NCBI GenBank assembly: GCA_964448755.1
Contig: CAYUXF010000004.1
Coordinates: forward strand, 1 to 51,672
DNA length: 51,672 nucleotides
Direction of reading: 5' to 3'
Source of the DNA: an uncultured bacterium
GTDB taxonomy: Bacteria > Margulisbacteria > Termititenacia > Termititenacales > CAYUXF01
Shown here: positions 15,809 through 24,431 of the stretch, in pieces
How the letters are laid out: each line of letters starts with the position of its first letter
Position numbering within the stretch: position 1 is the first letter of the stretch
Made by a program: the position numbers and the translations under genes
Notes under the pieces: model-generated
What the model was told of the DNA's origin: nothing
Seen by the model: the letters and a program-made list of their open reading frames with translations, nothing else
The model's database searches: none

Positions 15809-16711
15809 ATGAAAATAGAGGTCCCAGTTAGAGGTTATAGAGAGGCTGTAGAGTTGCTGGCGGCTGGTGCCGATATTCTCTATGGTGCTCTGGCCCCACA
15901 ATTCTATAGCAATGCCGCTGGTGCTGTTAGCCGTAGAGCCTGGCAAGAGTGTAATATTTTTTCTTTACAAGATCTAAAGGCAATTTGTCAGTTAGTTAAA
16001 GAAAAAAATAAAAAGTTTTATTTGGCCTTAAATGAACATTTTTATAATGAAGAACAATTGCAGGGGATTAGCGCGTTTTTAAAAATTAATAAATTTATTA
16101 AAAATATTATTATTGCAGATCTAGGCTTGGTCCTTTTTTTAAGAAAAAACTTTCCTAAACTAAATATTATTGCCAGTGTTGGGACACATGTGTTTAATTC
16201 TGCGGCGGTTAGTTTTTATGAAAATTTAGGAGTTAAAGAAATAGTTTTGCCAAGAGAGATAACGGCTGAAGAGGTAGTTTTATTAAAAAACAGTGCAGCG
16301 CAAATTAGTTTTTCGTATATTATAAAAAACGATGATTGTCCTAATATTGATGGTCTTTGTGCGTATTCTCATGGCATTTATGATGGTAGTGGTCCATGTA
16401 CAGATCTTTATAATATTGTTTGTAAAGATAGAATTTCCGAAGACGTCGTTGAAATAAATGATTATAATTTTAGATCACGTCAAAATTGCAAGGTTTGTCA
16501 ATTAAAGAGTTTTGCGCAAGCGGGGTTGGATATTGTTAAAATTGCTGGCAGAGGTAGTTCTTTAAAGAAGCTAGTTCAAGATATTGATTTTTTGAAACAG
16601 GCGATTGGTTTTTTGAAATATCCAGAGCAGCAATTTTTGTTTAGTCTAAAAAATGCATATAGAAAAAGTTATAATTGTGAATGTTTGGTGAATTGTCAGG
16701 ATGGTTCTTAA
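15809..16711 (+). CDS. Peptidase-U32-family protein (family of the O2-independent hydroxylases UbiU/UbiV, TrhP, RlhA)
   Basis: MKIEVPVRGYREAVELLAAGADILYG..., KKFYLALN, IIIADLGL, IVLPREIT. The U32 Cys signature C-x4-G-x-C-x-x-S is present as CPNIDGLCAYS, with further Cys in CTDLYNIVC. The ORF track begins at TTG 15773; ATG 15809 matches the usual family N-terminus. The start is uncertain. Confidence 0.8.
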   Translation: MKIEVPVRGYREAVELLAAGADILYGALAPQFYSNAAGAVSRRAWQECNIFSLQDLKAICQLVKEKNKKFYLALNEHFYNEEQLQGISAFLKINKFIKNIIIADLGLVLFLRKNFPKLNIIASVGTHVFNSAAVSFYENLGVKEIVLPREITAEEVVLLKNSAAQISFSYIIKNDDCPNIDGLCAYSHGIYDGSGPCTDLYNIVCKDRISEDVVEINDYNFRSRQNCKVCQLKSFAQAGLDIVKIAGRGSSLKKLVQDIDFLKQAIGFLKYPEQQFLFSLKNAYRKSYNCECLVNCQDGS

Positions 16712-16737
16712 TAAAAATAAACTAGAAAAGAGGATCA

Positions 16738-17760
16738 ATGCAGGTTTTAGATATAATGCAGTTAGAGTTTAATAAATTGAAACAACAGGACTTGCCTTTC
16801 CATGTGTTGGTTAAATTTAGCGGAGGTAAAGATAGTTCATATTTATTATATTTAATGAAAGAAAAATATGGGTTAACTCCGTTAGCTTTTTCAGTGATCC
16901 ATCCTTTTGTGGGGAAACAAGCCCTTTCCAACATGAAAAGAGTTTGTCGAAAATTAAAGGTCAAGTGGCAGCCGTGTTTTGTTGATAAAAAAGAGTTCTA
17001 TCAATATATGAGTTATGGCCTCAAGAATTATCAAAAATATAATACAAAATATCACCAGGCTGATCTTTATGGTTGTAGGCTCTGTTGTTCGGTTTATAAT
17101 ACGCTAGCTTATAGAAAAGCACTGGAATTAAATATTCCTTGTGTGATCGATGGTAGTGATTTTAATCAGCTGGGTTTTCCCTTATTTATACAAGGTTGTT
17201 CAGTCAAGGAAGAGCTGAATAAGGATGAAACTTTCTTTGGTTCTTATGAGCGGATCCTTCAGGATCTTCAACAGCAAAAATCGCTTAAGCCTATATATTT
17301 ATCGGTTTATGCCAAAATGCCGGATAAGACTTTCCCGGATTATGTTGCTCCGCTTTCAATAATTGAATATGACCCTGAAAAAGCTAAGTTGTTGCTGGAA
17401 GCAAAAGGGATAATTAAGTCTAATAAATTGTTTGTTGAAAAAACCAACTGTACGGTTCGCCATCTTTTTGCCCACCTAGGGTTTAAGTATTTTAATTGCC
17501 ATCCCTATCAGGAACACGTTTTGCGGATGGCTGACTCTGGTCGCCATGGTTTTACTCGTGATAAGGTGAGCGCCTATTTTGTAGAATTAAAAAATTTATT
17601 AAATTATCTAGCTAAAAATCCAGGCTTAAAAAATAAAGAGCTAAAGCAGCTGTATGCTAATTATCCTGTGCTGGCTTTGCGCCATAACTGTTCTTTGCCC
17701 TGGCTGAAAGATTTACAGCAGCTGCATAGATATGCGGAATATTTAGATGTTAAACTTTGA
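16738..17760 (+). CDS. PP-loop ATP pyrophosphatase (adenine-nucleotide alpha-hydrolase), resembling N-acetyl-sugar amidotransferases
   Basis: PP-loop SGGKDS in VLVKFSGGKDSSYLLYLMKEKYGLTPLAF. CRLCC motif and IDGSDFNQLG block. The overall pattern resembles the WbpG/PseA-type amidotransferase family, but TtcA/QueC-like roles cannot be excluded. Confidence 0.65.
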   Translation: MQVLDIMQLEFNKLKQQDLPFHVLVKFSGGKDSSYLLYLMKEKYGLTPLAFSVIHPFVGKQALSNMKRVCRKLKVKWQPCFVDKKEFYQYMSYGLKNYQKYNTKYHQADLYGCRLCCSVYNTLAYRKALELNIPCVIDGSDFNQLGFPLFIQGCSVKEELNKDETFFGSYERILQDLQQQKSLKPIYLSVYAKMPDKTFPDYVAPLSIIEYDPEKAKLLLEAKGIIKSNKLFVEKTNCTVRHLFAHLGFKYFNCHPYQEHVLRMADSGRHGFTRDKVSAYFVELKNLLNYLAKNPGLKNKELKQLYANYPVLALRHNCSLPWLKDLQQLHRYAEYLDVKL

Positions 17761-17835
17761 TTTTTTTAGGCTTTGGTTGTTAGAAAACTTATTTAATAAA
17801 ATTAAGATTTTCTTTTTGTTAAGTTAAATATCTGT

Positions 17836-18747
17836 TTGCCAGCTCCCAAAGAAATTATTTTAAATATTGAGAGCGCTTGTAACCTGCGGTGCAGTTATTG
17901 TTTTCAGAAAAGCCAGATTAATAGCCCGCATAGAATTAAATTAACACTGGGGCAGGTTAAGTTAATTGAAGAAAGAATTTCTAAGTATTATAAATCGTTT
18001 TTAAAGCCTAGGATTTTTTTAGTTGGCGGGGAGCCAACAATCAATCCGGAGTTTGTGCAGATCGTTAAATTCTTAAACAGCAAGAAATATGATCTTACAG
18101 TTGTTACAAATGGTCTTGAGTTAGACAAGTTTTATGCGGAAATAATTCCGCTGAATAACTCTAAAATTGTCCTGTCTATTTCAATACATTCTACAGATTA
18201 TGATTATTATTTACAAAAGATCAAAGCTTTTTATTGTATTTTTGATAAAAGAAATTATTATCTGGTTGTTTCTGTTACCATGAACTATTTAATTGAAAAC
18301 TCAGTAGACATCGAACAATTTATCAGAAAATTTCAGGACAGTGGAATTAAGTATATTTTATTTTTACATTCCTTAGACGCACTTAGTCTGGGTCAAAAAA
18401 TTGACTTTCCTGCACTTGAGTTACAGTTTCGAAAATTAAAAAAAGAAAAATTTAAAATCCCGTATGTTTTTTACCCGGCGCTGCCTTTTGATAAAATTAA
18501 ACCTTTTTATGCAGATAAGGAATTTCCGGATTTGACTAAGAAATGTTTTTATCCCTGGCAGGGGATGCAGATCTTGCCAGATGGACGAGTTATGTTATGT
18601 CCGGAAAGTGGTAGCTTAGGCAATCTTTTAGCGGATAGTGCTAATTTATTTATTAATGATCAGGCCAGGGCTTTTCGTAATAATATTCGAAATCAAGGAC
18701 CAGCTTATAATTGGTGTCGTCGCTGTTTTTTTAGAATATACTATTGA
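17836..18747 (+). CDS. Radical SAM enzyme with partial (twitch-like) C-terminal Cys domain
   Basis: TTG start. CNLRCSYC (CX3CX2C) at residues 15-22; LVGGEPTINPEF. The C-terminus has C...DGRVMLC (G-x4-C) and WCRRC, but not the full seven-Cys SPASM signature. Confidence 0.85.
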   Translation: MPAPKEIILNIESACNLRCSYCFQKSQINSPHRIKLTLGQVKLIEERISKYYKSFLKPRIFLVGGEPTINPEFVQIVKFLNSKKYDLTVVTNGLELDKFYAEIIPLNNSKIVLSISIHSTDYDYYLQKIKAFYCIFDKRNYYLVVSVTMNYLIENSVDIEQFIRKFQDSGIKYILFLHSLDALSLGQKIDFPALELQFRKLKKEKFKIPYVFYPALPFDKIKPFYADKEFPDLTKKCFYPWQGMQILPDGRVMLCPESGSLGNLLADSANLFINDQARAFRNNIRNQGPAYNWCRRCFFRIYY

Positions 18748-19937
18748 GCTAATTTTTGCCTTGGGGTTTTGGCTGTCTTATTTTGTAAATCCAATAATGG
18801 TTTAAAATAGAAAAAATAATTGAGAATTTGCCTCTGTTTTTTGACCTCTTTTTTGTAAGCTTGAGGATTTCTTTCAAAAAATTCAATTTTTTTTAGTGCT
18901 TTGGCAAAGGAAGTTGTGGAGGTCTTTCTGGTGAGCAGTAAGTTATTGTAACACTCCCTGGGGTTTCCTATGGCTAAACAGCCGGCAGCAACTGCTTCAA
19001 TCAGGGAATTTCCCCATATTTTGCGCTTGCCTCCGCTGCGCAAGTAATATTTGCTTTTTAAAAGGTCGAGAATGATTGTTTTAGTATCAGGAGAGACAGT
19101 GCGTATTTCGCCAAATTGTTTTAGGCTGGCCAGTTGTTCTTTAGTTAGGCTTTGCGCGGTAAAAGCCTCAATAAATATTCCCGAACGCTCTTTTTTTTCT
19201 AGAGTATTTGGCGCTAGTTCTTCCAGGCAACCATAATACTGCAGATTGAAAGGAAAATTTATAATATGCGGAGCTTGTTTAAATAAATTAAAGCTGGCGC
19301 TAAATTGATTTAAAAATAGATCATACCCAGATAACGGTTTTGCCAGCGAGCCCTGATATTCCGGCATCAGCGGTTCGGTAATTAAATAACACCAAAGAAC
19401 CTTGGGGTTTTGCTGAATTATTCTTGCTGGGATGGCCAGGTCAAAAGCAATTACCAGGTCATAGTTTGACCAGTTGATGCTTTCTGGTTTGATGGCTAAA
19501 TTATTTTGGGCAGAGCTGGGGCTGTTCTCTGGAGGAAAATCCGTGGATTTAATTATAAAAAAATCCGCATTAAATTTAGTAAAAAGACCAACCAGACCGG
19601 AATGTTTATTGGAGTTCAGTATCATTTTTTTGAAATCATTTCCAGATGGCATATTGTAAAGCATTTCAAGCTTAGATTCTTTGACAATAGCAATTCGGTA
19701 GTTTTTTAGTTTTGAAAGTTCTGTATTTAGGGCTAAAAATCCTGAAAATGCTCTGGTGAAAGCTTGGTCAATTTTCTTGTTTAGTATATATAAGTATAGT
19801 GGTAATTGTGCAGGCTTGAATTTGTGGGGACTTTTTATAATTTTAAAAAGTTTTGCGAATAATTTTTCTATAATTTTTTTAGATATTTTTTTTAGCATTA
19901 TTACTATAATAATAATTACATTAATTAAATGTAGCAA
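18741..19937 (-). CDS. Membrane-anchored GT-B-like glycosyltransferase (tentative)
   Basis: N-terminal hydrophobic segment. C-terminal GGKRKIWGNSLIEAVAAGCLAIGNP resembles the GT1/GT4 sugar-donor-binding helix. The start is uncertain (TTG 19937 or ATG 19898). The 3' end overlaps the convergent rSAM gene by 7 nt. Confidence 0.45.
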   Translation of the reverse strand: MLHLINVIIIIVIMLKKISKKIIEKLFAKLFKIIKSPHKFKPAQLPLYLYILNKKIDQAFTRAFSGFLALNTELSKLKNYRIAIVKESKLEMLYNMPSGNDFKKMILNSNKHSGLVGLFTKFNADFFIIKSTDFPPENSPSSAQNNLAIKPESINWSNYDLVIAFDLAIPARIIQQNPKVLWCYLITEPLMPEYQGSLAKPLSGYDLFLNQFSASFNLFKQAPHIINFPFNLQYYGCLEELAPNTLEKKERSGIFIEAFTAQSLTKEQLASLKQFGEIRTVSPDTKTIILDLLKSKYYLRSGGKRKIWGNSLIEAVAAGCLAIGNPRECYNNLLLTRKTSTTSFAKALKKIEFFERNPQAYKKEVKKQRQILNYFFYFKPLLDLQNKTAKTPRQKLAQ

Positions 19938-20016
19938 GTAGTGCCAATCTTACACTTATCCCCTTTTAGTCGCTTTTTTCTTATCCTGTTGTATAATATC
20001 TATAGTGGGGTGTAAC

Positions 20017-21030
20017 ATGAGAACAATTAGAGCATCGGTTATTTGTTTATTTATCCTTTTAAGTTTATTGCTGGCGCAGACCGAAAATTTAATATTGAAC
20101 TCATCTTTTGAGGATGGTTTAAATAAACAGGGGATCCCTAAAAATTGGGGTACAGAGACATATGGCCAGTCTTTGGCCAAAGAGGCTATGGAAGGAGATA
20201 ATTCACTTAAGATCAGTCGTTTGGCGCAAGGGTATTCCATTGGCGCCCAAATTTTAGCTGTAGAAGCCGGTAAAACTTATACTATTATGGGTTATATTAA
20301 AGGGGAGAATATTAAAAATCGCGATTCCTGGTGGCAGGGCGCCAAAATGCAAATTGTCTTTATGGATGAAGCAGATATCCAAATTGGTGAGCCTTTTGAT
20401 GTCATGCGTGGCAAGACTGGTACTTTTGACTGGGAAATGTTCATTAAAGATTTTAATGTCCCAGCTGGTGTTAAAAAAGTAAAGATCTTGTTGGGGCTCT
20501 GGAACGCTAAAGGGAGTGTCTGGTTCGATGATATTCGGCTCTATCAGGTAGATAAAAAGATCTCAGCAGAAAATATCTTAAATAACGGCGATTTTGAGCG
20601 TTGGGGCAGCTGGCTTTTTCTTGGTGAGGGTGAAGCTACTATCAAACATCCGGGGCGCGATAATTCTTCCGGTGCGTTGTATGTTAAAAATAATAAGGCC
20701 GATTGGACATTCTCTTCGCAGAGGGTTTTATTTAAGTCGTTAGAGAGCAATAAACTGGAACTAAGCGGTTATGTTAAGTATTCTAATATTCTTCCGGGCC
20801 AGCAAAAATGGCAAAAAGGGCGTGTTTATGTGGAGTTCAAAGATGAACTTGGTAACCGCGTCGGAGATTGGCTGGAATTGATTGTTTTTGAAGGAAATTC
20901 TAATGGCTGGCAGCATTTTTCTAAAAAGATCATTCTGGATCCTAAGGCGGTAGAGCTGGAACTTTTTTTTGGTTTACAGGATGCTTCTGGTGAAATAATC
21001 TTTGATGATCTGATCTTAAAAGAAATTTAG
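20017..21030 (+). CDS. Secreted protein with two tandem CBM_4_9-like carbohydrate-binding / jelly-roll domains
   Basis: Signal peptide MRTIRASVICLFILLSLLLAQ. Two repeats each open with N..(S/G)(F/D)FE...W (NLILNSSFEDG; ILNNGDFERWGSW) and close with (VW/II)FDD(I/L)xL. The ORF track start is GTG 20005; ATG 20017 is preferred. Confidence 0.6.
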   Translation: MRTIRASVICLFILLSLLLAQTENLILNSSFEDGLNKQGIPKNWGTETYGQSLAKEAMEGDNSLKISRLAQGYSIGAQILAVEAGKTYTIMGYIKGENIKNRDSWWQGAKMQIVFMDEADIQIGEPFDVMRGKTGTFDWEMFIKDFNVPAGVKKVKILLGLWNAKGSVWFDDIRLYQVDKKISAENILNNGDFERWGSWLFLGEGEATIKHPGRDNSSGALYVKNNKADWTFSSQRVLFKSLESNKLELSGYVKYSNILPGQQKWQKGRVYVEFKDELGNRVGDWLELIVFEGNSNGWQHFSKKIILDPKAVELELFFGLQDASGEIIFDDLILKEI

Positions 21031-21044
21031 CGGGGTAGTTTAAA

Positions 21045-21848
21045 ATGTTTAACAAAATAGCGTTTATTGGCGCCGGTAATATGGCGGAGGCAATTATTAA
21101 AGGATTGCTTTTAAAAGATGTAGTTGTTAGAGAGAATATTCTGGTTACTGATATCGTAGCCCAGCGTTTAAAATATGTTGCGGAGACCTACGGCGTTAAG
21201 ACCTGTAGCAATAACATTCAGGCGATCAATGAATGTGATGTAATTGTGCTGGCGGTAAAGCCGCAGGTCATTGGCGGAGTTCTCAGTGAATTAGAACAAA
21301 GTAAAGGTGATAAACTAATTATTTCTATCGTGGCTGGTGTGAAAATGGCAACGCTTGATCCTGCTAGCCGCTTTAGTGTCGCCAGAGCTATGCCAAATAC
21401 GCCCGCGTTGATAGGCGAAGCAGCGACAGCAGTTGCGTTTAATAATAGAGTTAAGTCAGAGGATAAAGAGTTTGTTTTAAAGATGTTCTCTGCTTTAGGA
21501 TTGGCTTTAGCCGTTGAGGAAAAAGATCTTAATGCAGTGACTGGTCTCTCCGGTTCCGGCCCAGCTTTTGTCTTTCGTCTGCTCGACTATTTTATGGAAG
21601 CAGGATCTCTGGCCGGTTTAAAAGCGGATCAGGCTAAAAAACTTGTTTTACAGACTTTTCTTGGTTCTGTTAAGTTGGTAGAACAAAGTGATAAGAGTAT
21701 CCAGCAGCTGGTAGATCAGGTCACTTCACCTAACGGCACTACTGCTGCCGGACGTGAAGTTTTAGAGAGTTCTGATATTAAAAAAATAATATGGCAGACC
21801 GTGCAGGCTGCTAAAAATCGGGCCGAAGAATTGAGTGAGGGCAAATAA
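21045..21848 (+). CDS. proC: Pyrroline-5-carboxylate reductase
   Basis: IAFIGAGNMAEAI Rossmann motif, RAMPNTPALIG, VTSPNGTTAAG. Confidence 0.9.
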   Translation: MFNKIAFIGAGNMAEAIIKGLLLKDVVVRENILVTDIVAQRLKYVAETYGVKTCSNNIQAINECDVIVLAVKPQVIGGVLSELEQSKGDKLIISIVAGVKMATLDPASRFSVARAMPNTPALIGEAATAVAFNNRVKSEDKEFVLKMFSALGLALAVEEKDLNAVTGLSGSGPAFVFRLLDYFMEAGSLAGLKADQAKKLVLQTFLGSVKLVEQSDKSIQQLVDQVTSPNGTTAAGREVLESSDIKKIIWQTVQAAKNRAEELSEGK

Positions 21849-21850
21849 TT

Positions 21851-22123
21851 ATGTATGGTTTATTGTTTTTTGTTATTTCTAGTTTAGCTGCTATTTTAGA
21901 ATGGCTTATTATTATCAGAGTTATTTTGAGCTGGGTTAATCCCAATCACTATAATCCGTTGATCATTCAAATATATAAATTGACAGATCCTATATTAAAA
22001 CCTTTTCAGGGTTTAGTGCCTACATATAAGATCGGCTTTGATCTCTCGCCTATTTTTGCACTGCTGGCCATTAAATTAGCCGAGCGAGTGCTGTTAATGT
22101 TTTTGAGCGGCTTATTTTTTTAA
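21851..22123 (+). CDS. yggT: YggT-family membrane protein
   Basis: 90 aa; IRVILSWVNP...LTDPILKPF...DLSPI matches the YggT/Ycf19 pattern. Confidence 0.8.
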   Translation: MYGLLFFVISSLAAILEWLIIIRVILSWVNPNHYNPLIIQIYKLTDPILKPFQGLVPTYKIGFDLSPIFALLAIKLAERVLLMFLSGLFF

Positions 22124-22372
22124 ATGCCAGAAAATATTTTTTCTATTAAAGTTATCCCCGGTTCTTCTTGTGATCAAATGGCCGGCCGAGAAGGCGAGTA
22201 TATTAAAATAAAATTAAAAGCACCGCCCGTAGACGGTAAAGCAAATGAAGCTTTGATAAAATTTCTGGCTGAATTTTTTCAAGTAAAAAAAAGCGCTGTA
22301 GAAATAATTAGAGGCGCTACATCTCGCAAAAAAACAGTTAAAATTATCACTGCGGAGAAGATCAATATTTAA
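22124..22372 (+). CDS. DUF167 (YggU-like) protein
   Basis: 82 aa; IKLKAPPVDGKANEALIKFLAEFF...VEIIRGATSRKKTVKI is the DUF167 hallmark. The gene follows yggT, as in the E. coli yggT-yggU pair. Confidence 0.8.
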   Translation: MPENIFSIKVIPGSSCDQMAGREGEYIKIKLKAPPVDGKANEALIKFLAEFFQVKKSAVEIIRGATSRKKTVKIITAEKINI

Positions 22373-22469
22373 AAAATAAAAAGATCTTATTAAAAGAGGG
22401 GCAGTCTGTTATTTGCTTTTTTATAAATTTTAAGTTTATTTGTGGTTGTTATTGTATAATTCTGGTGTT

Positions 22470-23759
22470 ATGGATCTTTTTGAAAATAATCTAATTAAAA
22501 ATCAGCCTTTAGCTAAAAGAATGGCGCCTCGTTCTTTTGAGGAATATGTCGGTCAGGATCATATTGTCGGCAGCGGTAAACTATTGCGCCGGGCAATTGA
22601 GGCCGATCGCCTTCAATCTTTGATTTTTTATGGTCCCCCTGGCACTGGAAAAACAGCACTAGCTAAATTGATCTCTAATTACACTAAGGCGGCATATGCT
22701 GAATTAAATGCTGTTAAGGCGGGAGTTGCTGAACTGCGGCAGCTCATTGAACAGGCCAAGAACAGACTCTCTTTGAATGAACAAAAAACAATTCTCTATT
22801 TAGATGAAATCCATCGCTTTAATAAGGCGCAGCAAGATGCTCTGCTGCCAGATGTGGAGGCTGGGATAATTATATTGATCGGCACGACGACAGAAAATCC
22901 TTATTTTACTGTAAATCCCGCTTTAATTTCACGTTCGATCGTTTTTGAGTTTAAGCCCTTAAAAAAAGAAGATGGTCTGCAGATAATTGATAATTGTTTG
23001 CAGAGTGACCGAGGATTTAAGGACAAAAAAATATTCATTGATGCCGAGGCGAGAACTCACTTAATTAAAAAAGCTGGCGGCGATGCCCGCCGAATTTTGA
23101 CCGGTTTAGAACTGGCAGTGTTAACAACTAAGCCTAATGAAGAGGGTGAATTATATATTACACTGGATATTATTGAGGAATCATTGCAGCAGAAAAAAGT
23201 AGTTTATGATAAGAACGAACATTACGATATTATTTCAGCGTTCATAAAATCGATGCGCGGCAGTGATCCTGATGCGGCAATTTACTGGCTGGCTAAAATG
23301 GTCTACGCGGGAGAGGATCCCCGTTTTATTGCCCGCCGTATTTTAATTTGCGCGGCCGAAGATGTCGGCAATGCCGATCCGTTGGCGCTGGTAATTGCCA
23401 ATTCTTGTTATGCCGGTGTTTCTCAATTAGGTTATCCCGAGGCACGTATTCTCTTAGCGCAGGCGGCTATTTATGTGGCTACGGCACCCAAAAGCAATTC
23501 AGCTTACTTAGCTATAGATAAAGCATTGGCTGATATTGGCGGCGGGTTAGATCTAGCGGTGCCGGACTATTTAAAAAACGCTGTGTATGATGAAGAAAAA
23601 AAAGCCGGCAAGGGAGCAGGTTACCAATATGCGCATGATCATCCTAAGGGTTATGCTCCGGGCATAAAATTTTTACCTGAAGACAGAAAATATTATGAGC
23701 CGGTCGAGCGCGGCTATGAGAAAAAAATTATCGATTGGCTCAATTGGCTGAAGAAGTAA
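22470..23759 (+). CDS. rarA: Replication-associated recombination protein A (AAA+ ATPase)
   Basis: Walker [26 protein letters not shown], and the C-terminal MgsA block [24 protein letters not shown]...[13 protein letters not shown] 22470 (MDLFENN) is preferred over the ORF-track TTG 22440. Confidence 0.9.
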   Translation: MDLFENNLIKNQPLAKRMAPRSFEEYVGQDHIVGSGKLLRRAIEADRLQSLIFYGPPGTGKTALAKLISNYTKAAYAELNAVKAGVAELRQLIEQAKNRLSLNEQKTILYLDEIHRFNKAQQDALLPDVEAGIIILIGTTTENPYFTVNPALISRSIVFEFKPLKKEDGLQIIDNCLQSDRGFKDKKIFIDAEARTHLIKKAGGDARRILTGLELAVLTTKPNEEGELYITLDIIEESLQQKKVVYDKNEHYDIISAFIKSMRGSDPDAAIYWLAKMVYAGEDPRFIARRILICAAEDVGNADPLALVIANSCYAGVSQLGYPEARILLAQAAIYVATAPKSNSAYLAIDKALADIGGGLDLAVPDYLKNAVYDEEKKAGKGAGYQYAHDHPKGYAPGIKFLPEDRKYYEPVERGYEKKIIDWLNWLKK

Positions 23760-23779
23760 AAAGAGGTATTATTTACCTA

Positions 23780-24355
23780 ATGAAAAAACATATAATTATT
23801 ATTCTGGGTCTTTTTCTAGTATCGACTTTTTTGTTGGCTGCTAAAGATTTGGAGGAACAAAACGTTCAGGAACTGGAAAAGACCGAACAGGTGGACGAGA
23901 TCGATAGCGTTAACTATAAAGCTATTGTTTTGGAAGAAAAAACCTATCCGGAGGCAATTGAGTTTGCTCTTTATTCTCCTAGTTTAAAAAAAACTGTCAG
24001 ATTATCAGAATATGCCGGGACAAACGTTATTGTCTTTTTTTGGGCCGGCTGGGATCGCTATAGTCGTGAGCAGGTTGATATGCTGGCGGCTGTTCAGAAA
24101 AAATTAAACAAAAAAGAAATTAAGGTCATTGCTGTTGGACTAGATTCTGCCGAAGAGATCAGAAGTTTTTTTGACAAAAAAGTAGATACAGTAGATTTTA
24201 TTACGGTTTGCGGTAATAAATATTTAATGGAAAGTTATAATGTTTGGGGTTTGCCGGCAATTTTTATTATTGATAAAGAGCAAAAGATCAGAAAAAAATT
24301 CAGTGGCTATGTTAGTGATAAAACCTTGATCAAAGAACTGAAAAAAGTGCTGTAA
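23780..24355 (+). CDS. TlpA/ResA-like thioredoxin-fold protein lacking the CxxC active site
   Basis: Signal/anchor MKKHIIIILGLFLVSTFLLA. Thioredoxin-fold blocks VIVFFWAGWDRYSREQ...VIAVGLDS...WGLPAIFIID. The position of WCxxC reads WDRYS. ATG 23780 is preferred over the ORF-track start at 23735. Confidence 0.65.
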   Translation: MKKHIIIILGLFLVSTFLLAAKDLEEQNVQELEKTEQVDEIDSVNYKAIVLEEKTYPEAIEFALYSPSLKKTVRLSEYAGTNVIVFFWAGWDRYSREQVDMLAAVQKKLNKKEIKVIAVGLDSAEEIRSFFDKKVDTVDFITVCGNKYLMESYNVWGLPAIFIIDKEQKIRKKFSGYVSDKTLIKELKKVL

Positions 24356-24431
24356 ATTTCGTCAATTATCTAAAAGATCATAATTTTTCAGTATTTTCTC
24401 CTGGCACTAAAGTTTATAGTAGATAATTGTC

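Noticed and set aside
15809-16711. Annotating the U32 proteins as collagenases, proteases or virulence factors.
   Set aside because: The historical 'peptidase U32/collagenase' label is not supported for the characterised members of the family (UbiU/V, TrhP, RlhA), which are Fe-S hydroxylation factors. The conserved Cys signature is present here and the context is biosynthetic.
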